Source: Lytechinus pictus (taxonomy: Eukaryota). From it: a stretch of 64,000 bases of DNA. The position numbers and the translations under genes are program-made. The DNA lies in the NCBI RefSeq assembly GCF_037042905.1, contig NC_087250.1, forward strand, positions 17,238,001 to 17,302,000, in the 5' to 3' direction. Position 1 is the stretch's first letter; each line of letters starts with the position of its first letter. Below are positions 13,222 through 25,209 of this stretch, piece by piece. The notes below the pieces were generated by a model that did no database searches, was not told the DNA's origin, and saw nothing but the letters and a program-made list of their open reading frames with translations.

Positions 13222-13495
13222 AAAGAAAGTGTCTGATGTGTTTCAAAATGGCCAGGCCTCTAATAATCTAACAGTATACATTTATTTTTTTTTGCAAATG
13301 AGGAGTTAGACTTTTTTGGTGGAATCAGCACTCCTGAACTGTGATCTATGTATTTTGTAAGAAAGTGTCTGGTGTGTTTCAAAATGGCCGGGCCTCAAAT
13401 AATCTAACAGTATACATTTTTTTTTGGGGGGGGGGGCAAATGAGGGTTTGACTTTTTTGTGGAATCATCACTGATAAACTGTGATCTATGTATTT
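13222..13495. repeat. Tandem duplication (~140 bp x2)
   Basis: aagaaagtgtctg..gtgtttcaaaatggcc.ggcctc.aataatctaacagtatacattt...actgtgatctatgtatttt occurs twice. Confidence 0.85.
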
Positions 13496-15460
13496 TAAAA
13501 GATATTACTATTTATGTGTGGTCAACTGAGTTCACAAGAAAAATCTAATGTTACTTGTATTATTCTGATGTTTGAATTTCTATGGCATGGGCTTTATAAT
13601 TCTCTCTCTCACTCTGTGTTTCCTTTGTCCCCCCCCCCCTCTCTCTCTCGCTCTCTCTCTTCCTCCCAGTTTGTATCTGTTATTCTGAAGGAAAGTTATT
13701 TTTACTGTCTTTTTCTTCAATCAAAGTGCGTTGCACTCTTCACTATCTTAGATAAAAGTGAATTGTACTTTGTACTATCTTCAAAATAACGGAGCACCCC
13801 TCTTTTTTGCATGTGATTTAACATTTTTTGATGTGGAATAAAAAACAAATAATCGCTCTCAATTTACAAGCAATGGGCCAAACCATATTTGATTGGTGAT
13901 ATGAATGTATGATGTGCGCTATCTTCCCTCGGCTTCGCTTTGGAATCAAAGCAACACACTTACTGCCTCGGAGATGATAGTCCACCCCATTACCTTCATC
14001 TGGGGCCCGTCTTACAAAGAGTTATGATTGATCCAATCAACGTATCTCTGGAACTCCATCAGTGTCATAATATTTTCAAAAGGAAATTTGCAAAATGTCC
14101 TTTGAAAACACAGGAGAATAAACCAAATTGTCAGGAAATCGATACATTTATGAATATACCTCGTATCTAGAAAAAAAATTGAACAAACATGCCCTTTATA
14201 ATTATGATGACTTTGATGGCTTTCCATAGTTGTGATTGATCGGATCAATCGCAACTCTTTGTAAGATGGCCCCCAGGAGGGATTATCTTTGCTTGTTATT
14301 CAGACTCAGTCAACTTTCTTTTTTGAACTTTATTGAACTGAGAATATATATGTATTTTAAGTATTACATATTTTTAGTAGATATATGAAAGGGTTGCCTT
14401 AATGCTGAATGCTGCCTGATGATAATATATGTATTTTCTTCTAGAAAAAATAATATTTTAGAATTACAGTATACTATCACTTTTTGTATACTAGTAGTAG
14501 AAATATGAATCTGTTATTTGTTGTGCACAAGATGTGTATAAATACTATTATTTTTCAATATACAAAGTGATTTACAAAAATGCACTTAAATTGAAGAAAA
14601 AAATGCATCTTTTGTTTTTGTTTTTCTTGTGTTATGACTGATATGCCTATGATGCTTCAATGATGAACGATAGTCTGTGAAATGATACAGCTATATGCAG
14701 CAATGGAAATTTACACCTTGGCCCTATCTTACAAAGAGTTAAGATTGATCCAATCAGTCGTTACTCTATGGAAATCCATCAGTGTCATAATTTGTTCTCC
14801 AGGAAATTTGCAAAATGTCCTTTGTAAACAAAGGAGAACACACCAAATTGTCAAGAAATCATGTAAATAGCTTGTTGATTTGTTTGATTTGTACTGTGAT
14901 TTATTTTTTGATCAATAAAGATTGAAAAAAAAAATTGTCAAGAAATCAATGAATATATGGATATACATTCATATCTAGAAATTTTGTTGGAACAAACATG
15001 CATTTTATATGTTGACTTTGCTGGCTTTCCATAGTTGCAATTAATCTGATTAACCTCAACAATGGAAATCCAGCAACATCTCAAATTGCATGTTCCAAAA
15101 AAAAATAATTACGATGTAGGCTATATTCATAAATTCATCATTTCTTGGCAATACGATGTGTTCGCATTTGTTTACCAAGGATATTTAGCAAATTTCCTGT
15201 AGAAAATATTATAACACTGATGGATATCCGTAGAGTTATGATTGATTGGATCAATCGTAACTCTTTGTATGACGGGACCCAGGGCCAGGTAACAAGGAAG
15301 CTGAGAGACTCTCGGAAGGACTGATTTGATGATTGATCTTACACAATTATCAATGCAATCAATCGTAAAAAATATCCCTACAATCAATTCATGAGCTTTA
15401 TGTCTTTGACCATGAATGACCTGGGTCTGGTAACATAAAGCTCATTGATTGATCATATGT

Positions 15461-15748
15461 GGAGCGTTGTGGCCCAGTGGATGCGTCTTCTGACTTTGAA
15501 ACAGAGGGTCGTGGGCTCGAATCCCAGCCATGGCGTAATTTCCTTCAGCAAGAAATTTATCCACATTGTGCTGCACTTGACCCAGGTGAAATGAATGGGT
15601 ACCCGGCAGGATTAATTCCTTGAATGCACGAGCGCTGAAAGGCAGCTCGAGCTAAAGCCATGGTAATAATAATAACAACGCGCCTCGGAATCAAATATTT
15701 CTAGATAGATGGCGCTATATAAATGCCTATTGTTATTATTATTATTAT
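15461..15748 (+). mobile_element. Full-length tRNA-derived SINE (family A), inserted in a MITE
   Basis: Head GGAGCGTTGTGGCCCAGTGG (A box) and GGCTCGAATCCC (B box), the conserved core, and a 3' end ggcgctatataaatgcc followed by a (TTA)n tail. Confidence 0.9.
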
Positions 15749-16093
15749 GACTGGGTTCTGCGATTGATTGCATGGATCACCAACAATTATGGTCAAAACA
15801 TAAGCTTTTTTACTTAGCGGTTTTGTGAATTTCTGTCGAAGCAACAGTATCATGTATGGATGTGGTAGTTGGATTCTCATGCTTGTGGAGGTGTGGGTTT
15901 GAACACGTGTGTGTTACCTCAGTTTCATGTATCGTTGATGGGCTCCATGACATTTGCTCGGCGACAATTGCTCCAACGTAAAAATCTGCATGTTATGTCA
16001 AGCATAAAACCTAACTTCCAAAACTAATAAACCCTAATTCTTATTTTATCATTATTCAGAACAAAAACTCTTAATCCTATATCCGCTGAGATA

Positions 16094-16261
16094 CAGGGGC
16101 CGCGGAATGGTTTTGAAAATGGGGGGGGGGGGAGGCTGACCATTAAAAAAATCCCAATCAGTTGGTCATTTTTACGTTTTTTAACAAGGTTTTGGAAAAA
16201 ATGTGGGTCTGAAGCCCATACACCAGCCCCCCCCCCCCCCCCCCCGGTTCCGCGGCTCCTG
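16094..16261. mobile_element. Short CAG..CTG non-autonomous element
   Basis: TIR caggggccgcggaa / ttccgcggctcctg; ctgagata occurs at both ends. Confidence 0.65.
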
Positions 16262-16331
16262 AGATATAAAACCACAGCAAATGTTGCAGATGTCGTGTCA
16301 CCCGCGGATGAGTGAGTGTAGGTTGCAAAGT

Positions 16332-16723
16332 CAGGGTTCTCGGCCCAGCAGGGAAATCGGAAAATTATTTTACTTTTTCCCAGCCCGGGAAAAATCAGGG
16401 AATTTGATGAAAGAATTCCTCAAATTAGGGGAAAATGCCTCAAATGAGGAAAAAAAATCAGGGAATTTTGATCAGCCCAAAAGTCGAAAGCACGGTAATC
16501 AGTCAGACTCTGTTATATTTTGTTGCATATCAAAACAGCATGCATTGAATGACTGGTTTATTTTTACATTATTGTTTTTATACTGAAAAAAACATGTGTT
16601 TCGCTGCTACAACTTAGAAAACAAGCAAAACTGGGAATGGGTTGAAATAATTATCAGGTAATTTCTAAACTTCATTAGGGAAATATCAGGGAATTTAGTT
16701 TTCTTGAAAAGCTGGGAACCCTG
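16332..16723. mobile_element. Non-autonomous DNA element with 5-bp TSD
   Basis: TIR cagggttc / gaaccctg flanked by the direct repeat aaagt; internal repeated tcagggaa motifs. Confidence 0.65.
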
Positions 16724-16839
16724 AAAGTATTTGGGTGTGTGAGGTGAGTGTGTGCATGTATCTAATGTGAGTGTATGTGTACTCAGAGTGAGTGTGTATG
16801 AGAGATGGCAGAGGAAAGTTTGTTGAGGTGTTAGTGAGG

Positions 16840-17240
16840 GGTTTATTTCCAATTGGTCTAATGCAAATTCGTCCGATTGCCAACTCGTCTACTGTCATTT
16901 GGTCTACTATCAGTTCGTCCACTCACCACATGTTCTACTTTCATTTAGTCTAATGCCATTCCGTCTAATAACCAGTTGATCCAATAGCCATTTAGTCCAT
17001 ATACATACCATTTGGTCTAATTGGACTAAGTGTTAAATTGTGCAAAATGAATGAAAATGAAATGGATATTAGACCAACTGGTTATGAGACGAAATTGTGA
17101 TTAGAGGAAGCGATGATTCGACCAAATGGTTAATGGGCCAAATGGATGTTAGACGAAATGTTGATGGACGGAATGGCATTAGAGTAAATGAAAGTAGACC
17201 ATGTGATGAGTTGGCAGTAGACGAATTGGCAAATTGCCTT
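16840..17240. mobile_element. Palindromic repeat element built of TTGGTCTAAT / ATTAGACCAA units; second copy ~61035-61430
   Basis: The left half carries tggtctaat repeats and the right half their complement. Similar sequence occurs at 61 kb. Confidence 0.75.
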
Positions 17241-18781
17241 GGTGAGGGGGGGGGGTCATATATATGCCTGTAATTTTTTTGAAAGAAAGGTTTGTGATGT
17301 TTCTTAATTATTGATTTATGTGATGACGTTGATTACCATAGGCGGATCCAGGGGGGGGGGCGAGGGGCCCGCCCCCCCCCCCCCATTGGCGGTGCAAAAA
17401 AAGAAAAAAGGGGGAAAGAAAGAAAAAGAAGGGAAAAGAGAGGAGAAAAAAAGAAGGAGAAACATAAGAGGAGGAAGACGAGTGAATAAGATGAGGGGAA
17501 GACTTGGAAAATAATTTTAAAAATCTTTCACCCCCCCCCCCCTATTGGCGGTGCAAAAAAAGAAAAAAGGGGGAAAGAAAGAAAAAGAAGGGAAAAGAGA
17601 GGAGAAAAAAAGAAGGAGAAACATAAGAGGAGGAAGACGAGTGAATAAGATGAGGGGAAGACTTGGAAAATAATTTTAAAAATCTTTCATGTCACTATAC
17701 AGTATAACATTTTCGCTCGCGCTTCGCGCTCGCATTGCCTTTTAGGTGATTTATATATGTTGCTCAATATCGAGCTTAAATATCAAATTTTGAAGTCAAT
17801 ATACATAACATATTTCAGCTCGGAAATAGAACTTTCATAATTTTGTTTGATTTACAAATTGATTTTTAAAAAGTGCTCTGTAAACATTTGTTTTATCTTA
17901 TGAATATTAACATTTTCTGCTCGCGCTGCGCGCTCGCAAACTTTGGTTTATCGGGTACCTATTATTTTCCTGAATTCCATAAAGTTCTCAAATATCCCCA
18001 TTTCATGACAGTTTATCAAAAATTTCGGCTCGCGAATTGCGCTTGCATCATTGATTTTCATGATGAAAAAAGGGTGTTTAGAATGCCCAGATTCTAGGTC
18101 GAAATCTGAAACACGCGCACGCATTTTTATTTAGATACGCAGCTTGTTCTCTATTTAAATCATTATGAGCCTATATATCCAGTGTCAGATCAGAATATCA
18201 AAAACTTTCTGCTCACGCTTTGCGCTCGCATTATTAATGTAGGAAGATACCAAATAATACCCAAATCTTTTTATCATTTACAAATTATGAAGAGAGTGTC
18301 CCGTTTTTAAGTTTGAAATCTCATTTTTTTCCCTGCTCGCGCTCACATCAATTGTTTGGTTATATACTTATACTGTTCATTATTACAAAAAGTGCATAGA
18401 ACGTTAGTTTTTTAGGCAAGAACTTCAAAAAAAATTCAGCTCGTGCTTCCCGCTCGCATTATTTAATCATTGAAATATGTATCGTCTTATCGGCTAACTG
18501 CAAGACATCCATAACAGGTCCTTTTTTTACATAGCCAGAACGAATTATGAAAATTTCTGCTCGCGCTTCGCGCTCGCAGTAATTCCCGACCTTTCGTTGG
18601 AGAACGCGAACGCTCATTTACGACGGTAGTTGATTTTGGAAGAGACTTTTTGGGCCCGTCGTCATGGTCGTAAAACTCTGTCCTGCAATGCAAATTGTGT
18701 GACATGAGATTTGTTTTTCGTTTCGCATCTGCAACGAAAACATCCAATATGCGTTTCGTGTGCAAAATTCTGGTTGCTACT

Positions 18782-19177
<396 letters not shown>

Positions 19178-19230
19178 TAGGACGACTTTCTAGAGCCACA
19201 TTTGGTTTCTCCCAGAGCTCGAGAGGCCGC

Positions 19231-19530
19231 CCAGAGGGCCCACTTCCATTGACGAGTGGATACCAGGCGCGACCACGCGTAAAAGGGGGACAGAGTGGGC
19301 AAGTACGTTACGTATAGGCCTATGTAACGTTTTATAAGGGTGTCAAACACGATGTTTAAAATACTGAAAAAAGGGATATATTTCCAATACATGTAGGATT
19401 TCACAAGCCAAATACTTGTTAAGAGATGCATTTTCATAATCTGGAAAAGACTTGCTTTCCTTGTTTAGGGTGCTTTTCGAAACTCCATGGTCGTGCCTGG
19501 TATCCACTCATCAATGGAAGAGGTCTCCCC
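19231..19530. mobile_element. MITE nested just downstream of H4
   Basis: About 35-bp TIR ccacttccattgacgagtggataccaggcgcgacca / tggtcgtgcctggtatccactcatcaatggaagagg. Confidence 0.8.
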
Positions 19531-20466
19531 GTGAATTTGAATCTAATCCCCCATTTCTGGGGAAAGTAAAACATAATGCCCATTACATTGTGTGCTACAG
19601 ACATATCGTTTGTGTAGAAGGAGTAAGCAAAAGTAAAAACCCCGCAAATTTTACTGGTGTTCAGACGTGTTAAGCATGTTTAGGCCTATTGCCTATGCCA
19701 TGTACATATCAACGCATGCGAAATGGTTTCGGCTGGAGAGGTGATCTGACCCATGGAATCAATTGCCAGTGATCCACCAATAATCCACATTAAATGCAAT
19801 ATCGATTCGATGGACTGTAATGATCTATATCTAAGCCTTAATTCAGTTAGTTTTTCCTCACTACATATGTACTCGATTTGTTTGAAAAACCACTTTCTTG
19901 TCCATGTCCATCTATTGTAGGCCCCGCATTTCGAATATCTCCAGCCAGCTGTCATAGTAGAGGTTCACCGCCGGCTCAGGGGGCATATACGATGATGACC
20001 ATCAGTCGTTATGTACATGCATGTATGGTGCGGGTGTCGCGGGAAAGAATTTTGCACACGAAAAGCAGATCTATAGGTCCTGTAACCCCCTGTAACACAA
20101 AGCTTAGCATTGATTGTAGAGCAGTTTTCTACGTTTGATTATATTGACTATAATGTACAATCAATCTTAAAAATCAAGTGTATGATTAAGCGTTAACTTT
20201 TGTGTTAGGGAACCCTAATATTAGCGTCCGTGAGGATTGCGAAAGGTGGCTGTTATCTTGTTACATACGCATCTTGTTTAGGTTCACAAATATTGCCCAG
20301 AATGTTCAATTTTCATGACAAAATACATAAAATTTCCAAATTGTTTAGCTCGCACTTCACGCTCACACTATTCAAATAGGGCTAATGAAATTATTACACA
20401 TTATGTTGTTTATAAGAATAAAGCTAAGAAATTACTGTTAGGACATGGGCGTTTTGCCCCCCCCCC

Positions 20467-20498
<32 letters not shown>

Positions 20499-22215
20499 GA
20501 ACAAGAAAATAAGAGAAAAGGAAAGGGATAAGGGTGAAATATATTATTTTCCAAATATTATGTCAATTAAATCTATCACGAACTTTGATTTTTGTAATAA
20601 AATTGTTAAAAATTTTGCTCGCTCGCTTGTAACTTCTTATTAATTTTACGTGATACGCCATATCGAGCCCCCTCAAAATTTTTGGCTCATTACGCCACAA
20701 GGACAACCCCTTCAAAGAAACAAACAAAAATCGACTTTGAGCGGCCAATCTGGGAAAATATGGGTGAAAAAAAATTCGCCCCCCCCCCTATTGGCGGAGG
20801 CTGGATCCGCCCCTGGATTACTATATGTCGTTAACAGTCAAAGCAACATTGGGGCCATAAAGGGGGTATAGGCCTACTAGTGAATAATATTCTGATAAAA
20901 GACAAATCAGTTGAGCGATCAGGTCAAATATGCCACATTGTATACGATTAATACCAGTGTGTGGGTGCGCCTATCCTAGGGGTTGACTACCAACTAAAAA
21001 GACTGACATCTCTACATGCATGACATATATTATATGGTGCGTTTCTCAAAATCAAAATCACATAAACAAGTGGTATTGGAGGTTCTCACAAGTAATTGTT
21101 TACTTCGTTTACGCTACTGATCCAAAAGGCAAAAGGTCGAGTACAGTTGATTTTTCAGGTAAGAATAACGGCCTTCTAATAGAAGGTGTGGGGATTAAAA
21201 CCGACGTGCTGATGAGGTGGGTGGATCGGGGGCTTTCATGACCAAAAAAGCCAGAAAATGAAAGGAAACTGATGATGATATCGTTTGCTAATTATTATAT
21301 CAAAATATATTACAAAATTTGAGTTTTGTATAAATAAAGGTTTAATATTTTTCCCCAAACGCAATGAATATACCCTCTTATTGTTTTATTCCTTTATTTT
21401 TAATTTTTATTTGTTTATTATTTTTTTGTGGGCGGGGTGTCATTACGCACTCTAGATGGGTATACTATCAAAAGTACATTATACTATTAATTATATCTTT
21501 AGTAAACTACAATACATTTTGTCAAACTGGATAAAATTTTATGTGATATAGTTCAATAATCATAAAGATGTGAAGAATTTTCATTACACATCAGGAAACC
21601 TCTCCATTCAAGTTTTGTATCATGTAGTTACTGTGTGGTCAGGTGCAGCTGAGGGGTGCAACTAATTATTCTCGTTCAACCACGGATGTGAATGAGCAAG
21701 TATTTTCTATATGTTCAGGACTTGGGGATGAGCTACTGACTCCCCCCCCCCTTCTCTCCCTGATGAATAGATAAGATTATGGATTTAAAAGTATTCATTT
21801 CCTTGTATTTATCCTTAAGTAGGCCTGTAATTAATAAATCAATTTTCATGTTTCGTTAAATATATGCCAATTTTCTTAAACCTTCATTAAAACAAATTAG
21901 TTTCGTCCCGCAAGTTGTTGGCAAAAAGTCTAAAAAAGGGAAACAAATATTAAAAAGTGAATGAAGACGTGAATGGACGACTGTGTGTGATTTATTTAGC
22001 ATAATAACTAAACTTGGATTGACAGGTTTTTTGATGAGTGCTAAAAGAAGGCTCATATCTCTGTGTTCGATAGACCAAATCGAATAAAGTTTAATAAAGT
22101 TTATATAAAGTTTGCATTAAACAAAATAGTTTACGAATATACTAATTTATATACATTTTCACATACTAATTGTCATACAAATTTTTATGGGACACGCTGT
22201 ATTATCTGTTACAGA

Positions 22216-22293
22216 ATGAAACTAAGACCCTTCCTCGCCTTTCTTCTGTGTGTTGGAGTCGTCAGTATGATCGTCGTGGTAGTCGACGCCAAT
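22216..22293 (+). CDS. Signal-peptide part of a small secreted prepropeptide (5' part of TE-split exon)
   Basis: Acceptor tctgttacAG at 22213-14 and ATG at 22216. MKLRPFLAFLLCVGVVSMIVVVVDA-N has a basic N-terminus, a hydrophobic core and a V-D-A cleavage site. Confidence 0.75.
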
Positions 22294-24637
22294 CATGGGC
22301 GGAAATCCCAGGGGGGACAGGGGGGACGTGTCCCCCCTACTCAAAATAGTAGGGGGGACACAATAGCAAATGTCCCCCCTACTATTTTGGTCTTTTTATA
22401 TGATGGTAAGAAATACATAATTCTAAATCGAAATAAAACATGTATTTTGGGACGAGATGACCTTACTTTGGCGATGATAACCTTGTTGTTGCTTGTCAAT
22501 TTTTCCCGCCCCTTGTCCCCATAGGCGGATCCAGGGGGTCGAGGGGGAAAGAAAAAAGGAAGGAAAAAAGGAGGGGAAAGGAGAAACAGAAGAGAAGGAC
22601 GGCGAGTGCATAAAATCAGATGAGGGGAAGACTTGGAAAATAAAAAGAATCTTTCGTGCCACTATATAAAATTTTCGATCGCGCTTCGCGCTCGCATTGC
22701 CTATTAGGTGATTTACATATCTTGTTCAATATGGAGTTCGAATATCAAGTTTGGAAGTCAATATACAAAACATATTTCACCTCGGAAATCAAACTTTCAT
22801 TATTTTGTGCAATTTACAAATTGGTTTTTAAAAAGTGCTCTGTAAAATGTAAGTTTTATGGTCTGAATGTTAACATTTGCTGCTTGCGCTGCGCGCTCGC
22901 AAATTTTGATTTATCAGGTACCTATTATTTTCGTGTATTCCATAAAATTTTCAAAATATCCCTCTTCAGGTCTGATTGTCAATACGTATCAGCTAGCGCG
23001 CTGCACGCCCGCATTTTGATTGGCGAGTGATATGAATGTTTCAATATTGATTATACAACAAAATACTTAAAATCCCCTTTCATGACAGTTTATCAAAAAT
23101 TTTAGCTCGCGATTTGCGCTCGCATTAATGGTTTGAAATATATTAACTGATGCATCCTATTCATAATCACAAAAGTGAAATGTCCAGTTTTTATGCCATG
23201 ATATCATCAGATTTCGCGCCCTCATTAGGCATTAATAAATATATTAATTTAATAATCAAATTGTCCCTTTTGTTTCATCTCGCGCTTAACAAGAGGAATA
23301 GGAAGATAGTCATCATTTTCATATGATGACATGTCGTCAGGATGTCCCGGTCCTATGTCAAAACTCAAAGTAATAATAATTTTTAAGTGCGATCCATATC
23401 CACCTTATAATTTTCTACAAAGTGCGTGAAATATAAAGCTGAAATTGACTCTTTTTTCAGATCGGAATATCAAAGTTTCATGATTTTCATCATTAAAGTT
23501 GTATTTAAAATGCCTAGATTCTAGGTCTAAATATGAAACACGCTCGCGCATGTTTATTCAGATACTCAACTTGTTCTCTAATTTAAATCATTATCCAGTT
23601 TCCGATCACAATATCAAAAATGTTCTGCTCGTGCTTTGTGCTCGAATTATTAATGTAGGAAGACCCCATATTACTCATCCTTTTGATGATTTACAAAACA
23701 TGAACAGAGTGGCCAATTTTTAGGTCTAAATCTCGATTTTTTTTTTCTGCTCGCGCTTCGCGCTCGCATCAATCGTTAAATTATATAGCTATCCTGTTCA
23801 CGATTACAAAAACTGATTAAAATTTTCCATTCTTTCTTTAGAAAGTTCAAATTTTTTCAGCTCGCGCTTCGCGCTCGCATTTTTAGATTGTTGAAATATG
23901 TAACGCCTTCATGGCTAAGTGCAAGCAGTACTTACCACGTACCTTTTCAACAGGTACCAGTTCAAAACGTATATAAACATTTTCTGCTCGCACTTTGCGC
24001 TCGCATTATTGATACTCATCCTTTTCAGGATTTACAAAACATGAATAGAGTGTCTCGTTCAGTAAATATTAATGGACTAAATCTCGAAATTTTCTGCTCG
24101 CGCTTCGCGCTCGCATTAATTGTTTATTTATATACCTTTTCTGCTTGAGTTACAAAAAGTGCTTAAAATTTCCATTCTTTAGGTGAAAATGTATAAAAAA
24201 AACAGCTCGCGCTTCGCGCTCGCATTATTTGATTGTTAAATGCTACTTTAACAGGTATCTTTTCCATCAATTCATTTCTGCTCGCGCTTTGCGTTCGTGG
24301 TAATTATTAAGTTGGATACACATCTTTTTCAGGATAAAAAACATTTCCCAGAATCAGTTCAAATTTTTAGGAAAAAATACATAAAATTTCCAAAAAATTT
24401 GCTCGCGCTTCGCGCTCACACCATATAAATAAGGATTATGATATTGTATATTAATTCATAAGAATGAAGCTCAGAAGTGACTAATGAGGACTATCCCTTC
24501 AAAGAAACAAACAAAAATAATCTTCGAGCTGCCGATCGGGGAAAATATGGCTGAAACAAATTTCCGTCCCGCCTATTGGCGAAGGCTGGATCCGCCCCTG
24601 TGTCCCCCCTACCCTTTGCGAGAGATTTCCGCCCCTG
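22294..24637 (+). mobile_element. hAT-like non-autonomous element (8-bp TSD) containing a nested 6-bp-TSD element (22520-24600)
   Basis: TIR CATGGGCGGAAATC / GATTTCCGCCCCTG with TSD acgccaat (22286-93 / 24638-45). The inner element is flanked by tgtccc. Confidence 0.9.
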
Positions 24638-24645
24638 ACGCCAAT

Positions 24646-24721
24646 GATGAAGATATTCAACTCCAATCGCGACTGTTGCAGAGGCTTTTCTCTATCAAAT
24701 CTACAGGCGTCGGCGAAGAAG
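24646..24721 (+). CDS. Acidic pro-region of the secreted prepropeptide (3' part of TE-split exon)
   Basis: After removing the TE and one TSD copy the frame continues DEDIQLQSRLLQRLFSIKSTGVGEE. Donor AAG|GTAGCA at 24722 (phase 1). Confidence 0.7.
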
Positions 24722-25116
24722 GTAGCAATCAAAAACACTTTTATGTATTCTCTGTCTTCTCATGTCATGTATGAGTGGTGGAAGTGATATTTTTATATGT
24801 ATACCTGAATGCTAGGGGACCGAAGGCACAATAGGCCCACTCCGAGGGACCTAGTGATGACATATGCCTTACCAGAGGTCACTAGCGCACCAGGTTACGT
24901 TATTTCCCAAATGGTATCATCCGTCGGTTTGAAAAGAAAAATGACAGAGAGAAGAAAGTGGGGGAGGATAACTAAATTTAAAAATCGGGGGGGGGGGGTG
25001 AAGCCCACCCAGCCCAACCCCACCCGGTTCTGCGACCCCTACTAAAAGTCATTACTTCACGATTTGTTTTTCTTAACCGTTAGTTTTAAATGCATTTTTT
25101 GCTTGTGTCTTTGCAG

Positions 25117-25181
25117 ATGTGAGAAGTGGAGGGCCACCCAAGTGCCATTGGTGTGGGCCCAGACGCAGTAGAACATTATAA
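25117..25181 (+). CDS. Last coding exon of the secreted prepropeptide
   Basis: Strong acceptor ttttttgcttgtgtctttgcAG at 25115-16. In phase 1 it gives DVRSGGPPKCHWCGPRRSRTL followed by TAA. Confidence 0.6.
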
Positions 25182-25209
25182 GCACCGGGTATGGATATGG
25201 AATCTATGA

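Noticed and set aside
15461..15535. tRNA gene (also tRNA-like boxes at ~36427-36500, ~50960-50980, ~58040-58110)
   Set aside because: A and B boxes are present but I could not build a full cloverleaf; they continue into SINE bodies or are decayed.
19220..19245. Histone 3' stem-loop for H4
   Set aside because: It does not match the consensus and belongs to the end of a MITE.
22063..22524. 153-aa ORF as a real protein
   Set aside because: It is a chimera of intron, the true signal-peptide exon and transposon sequence.
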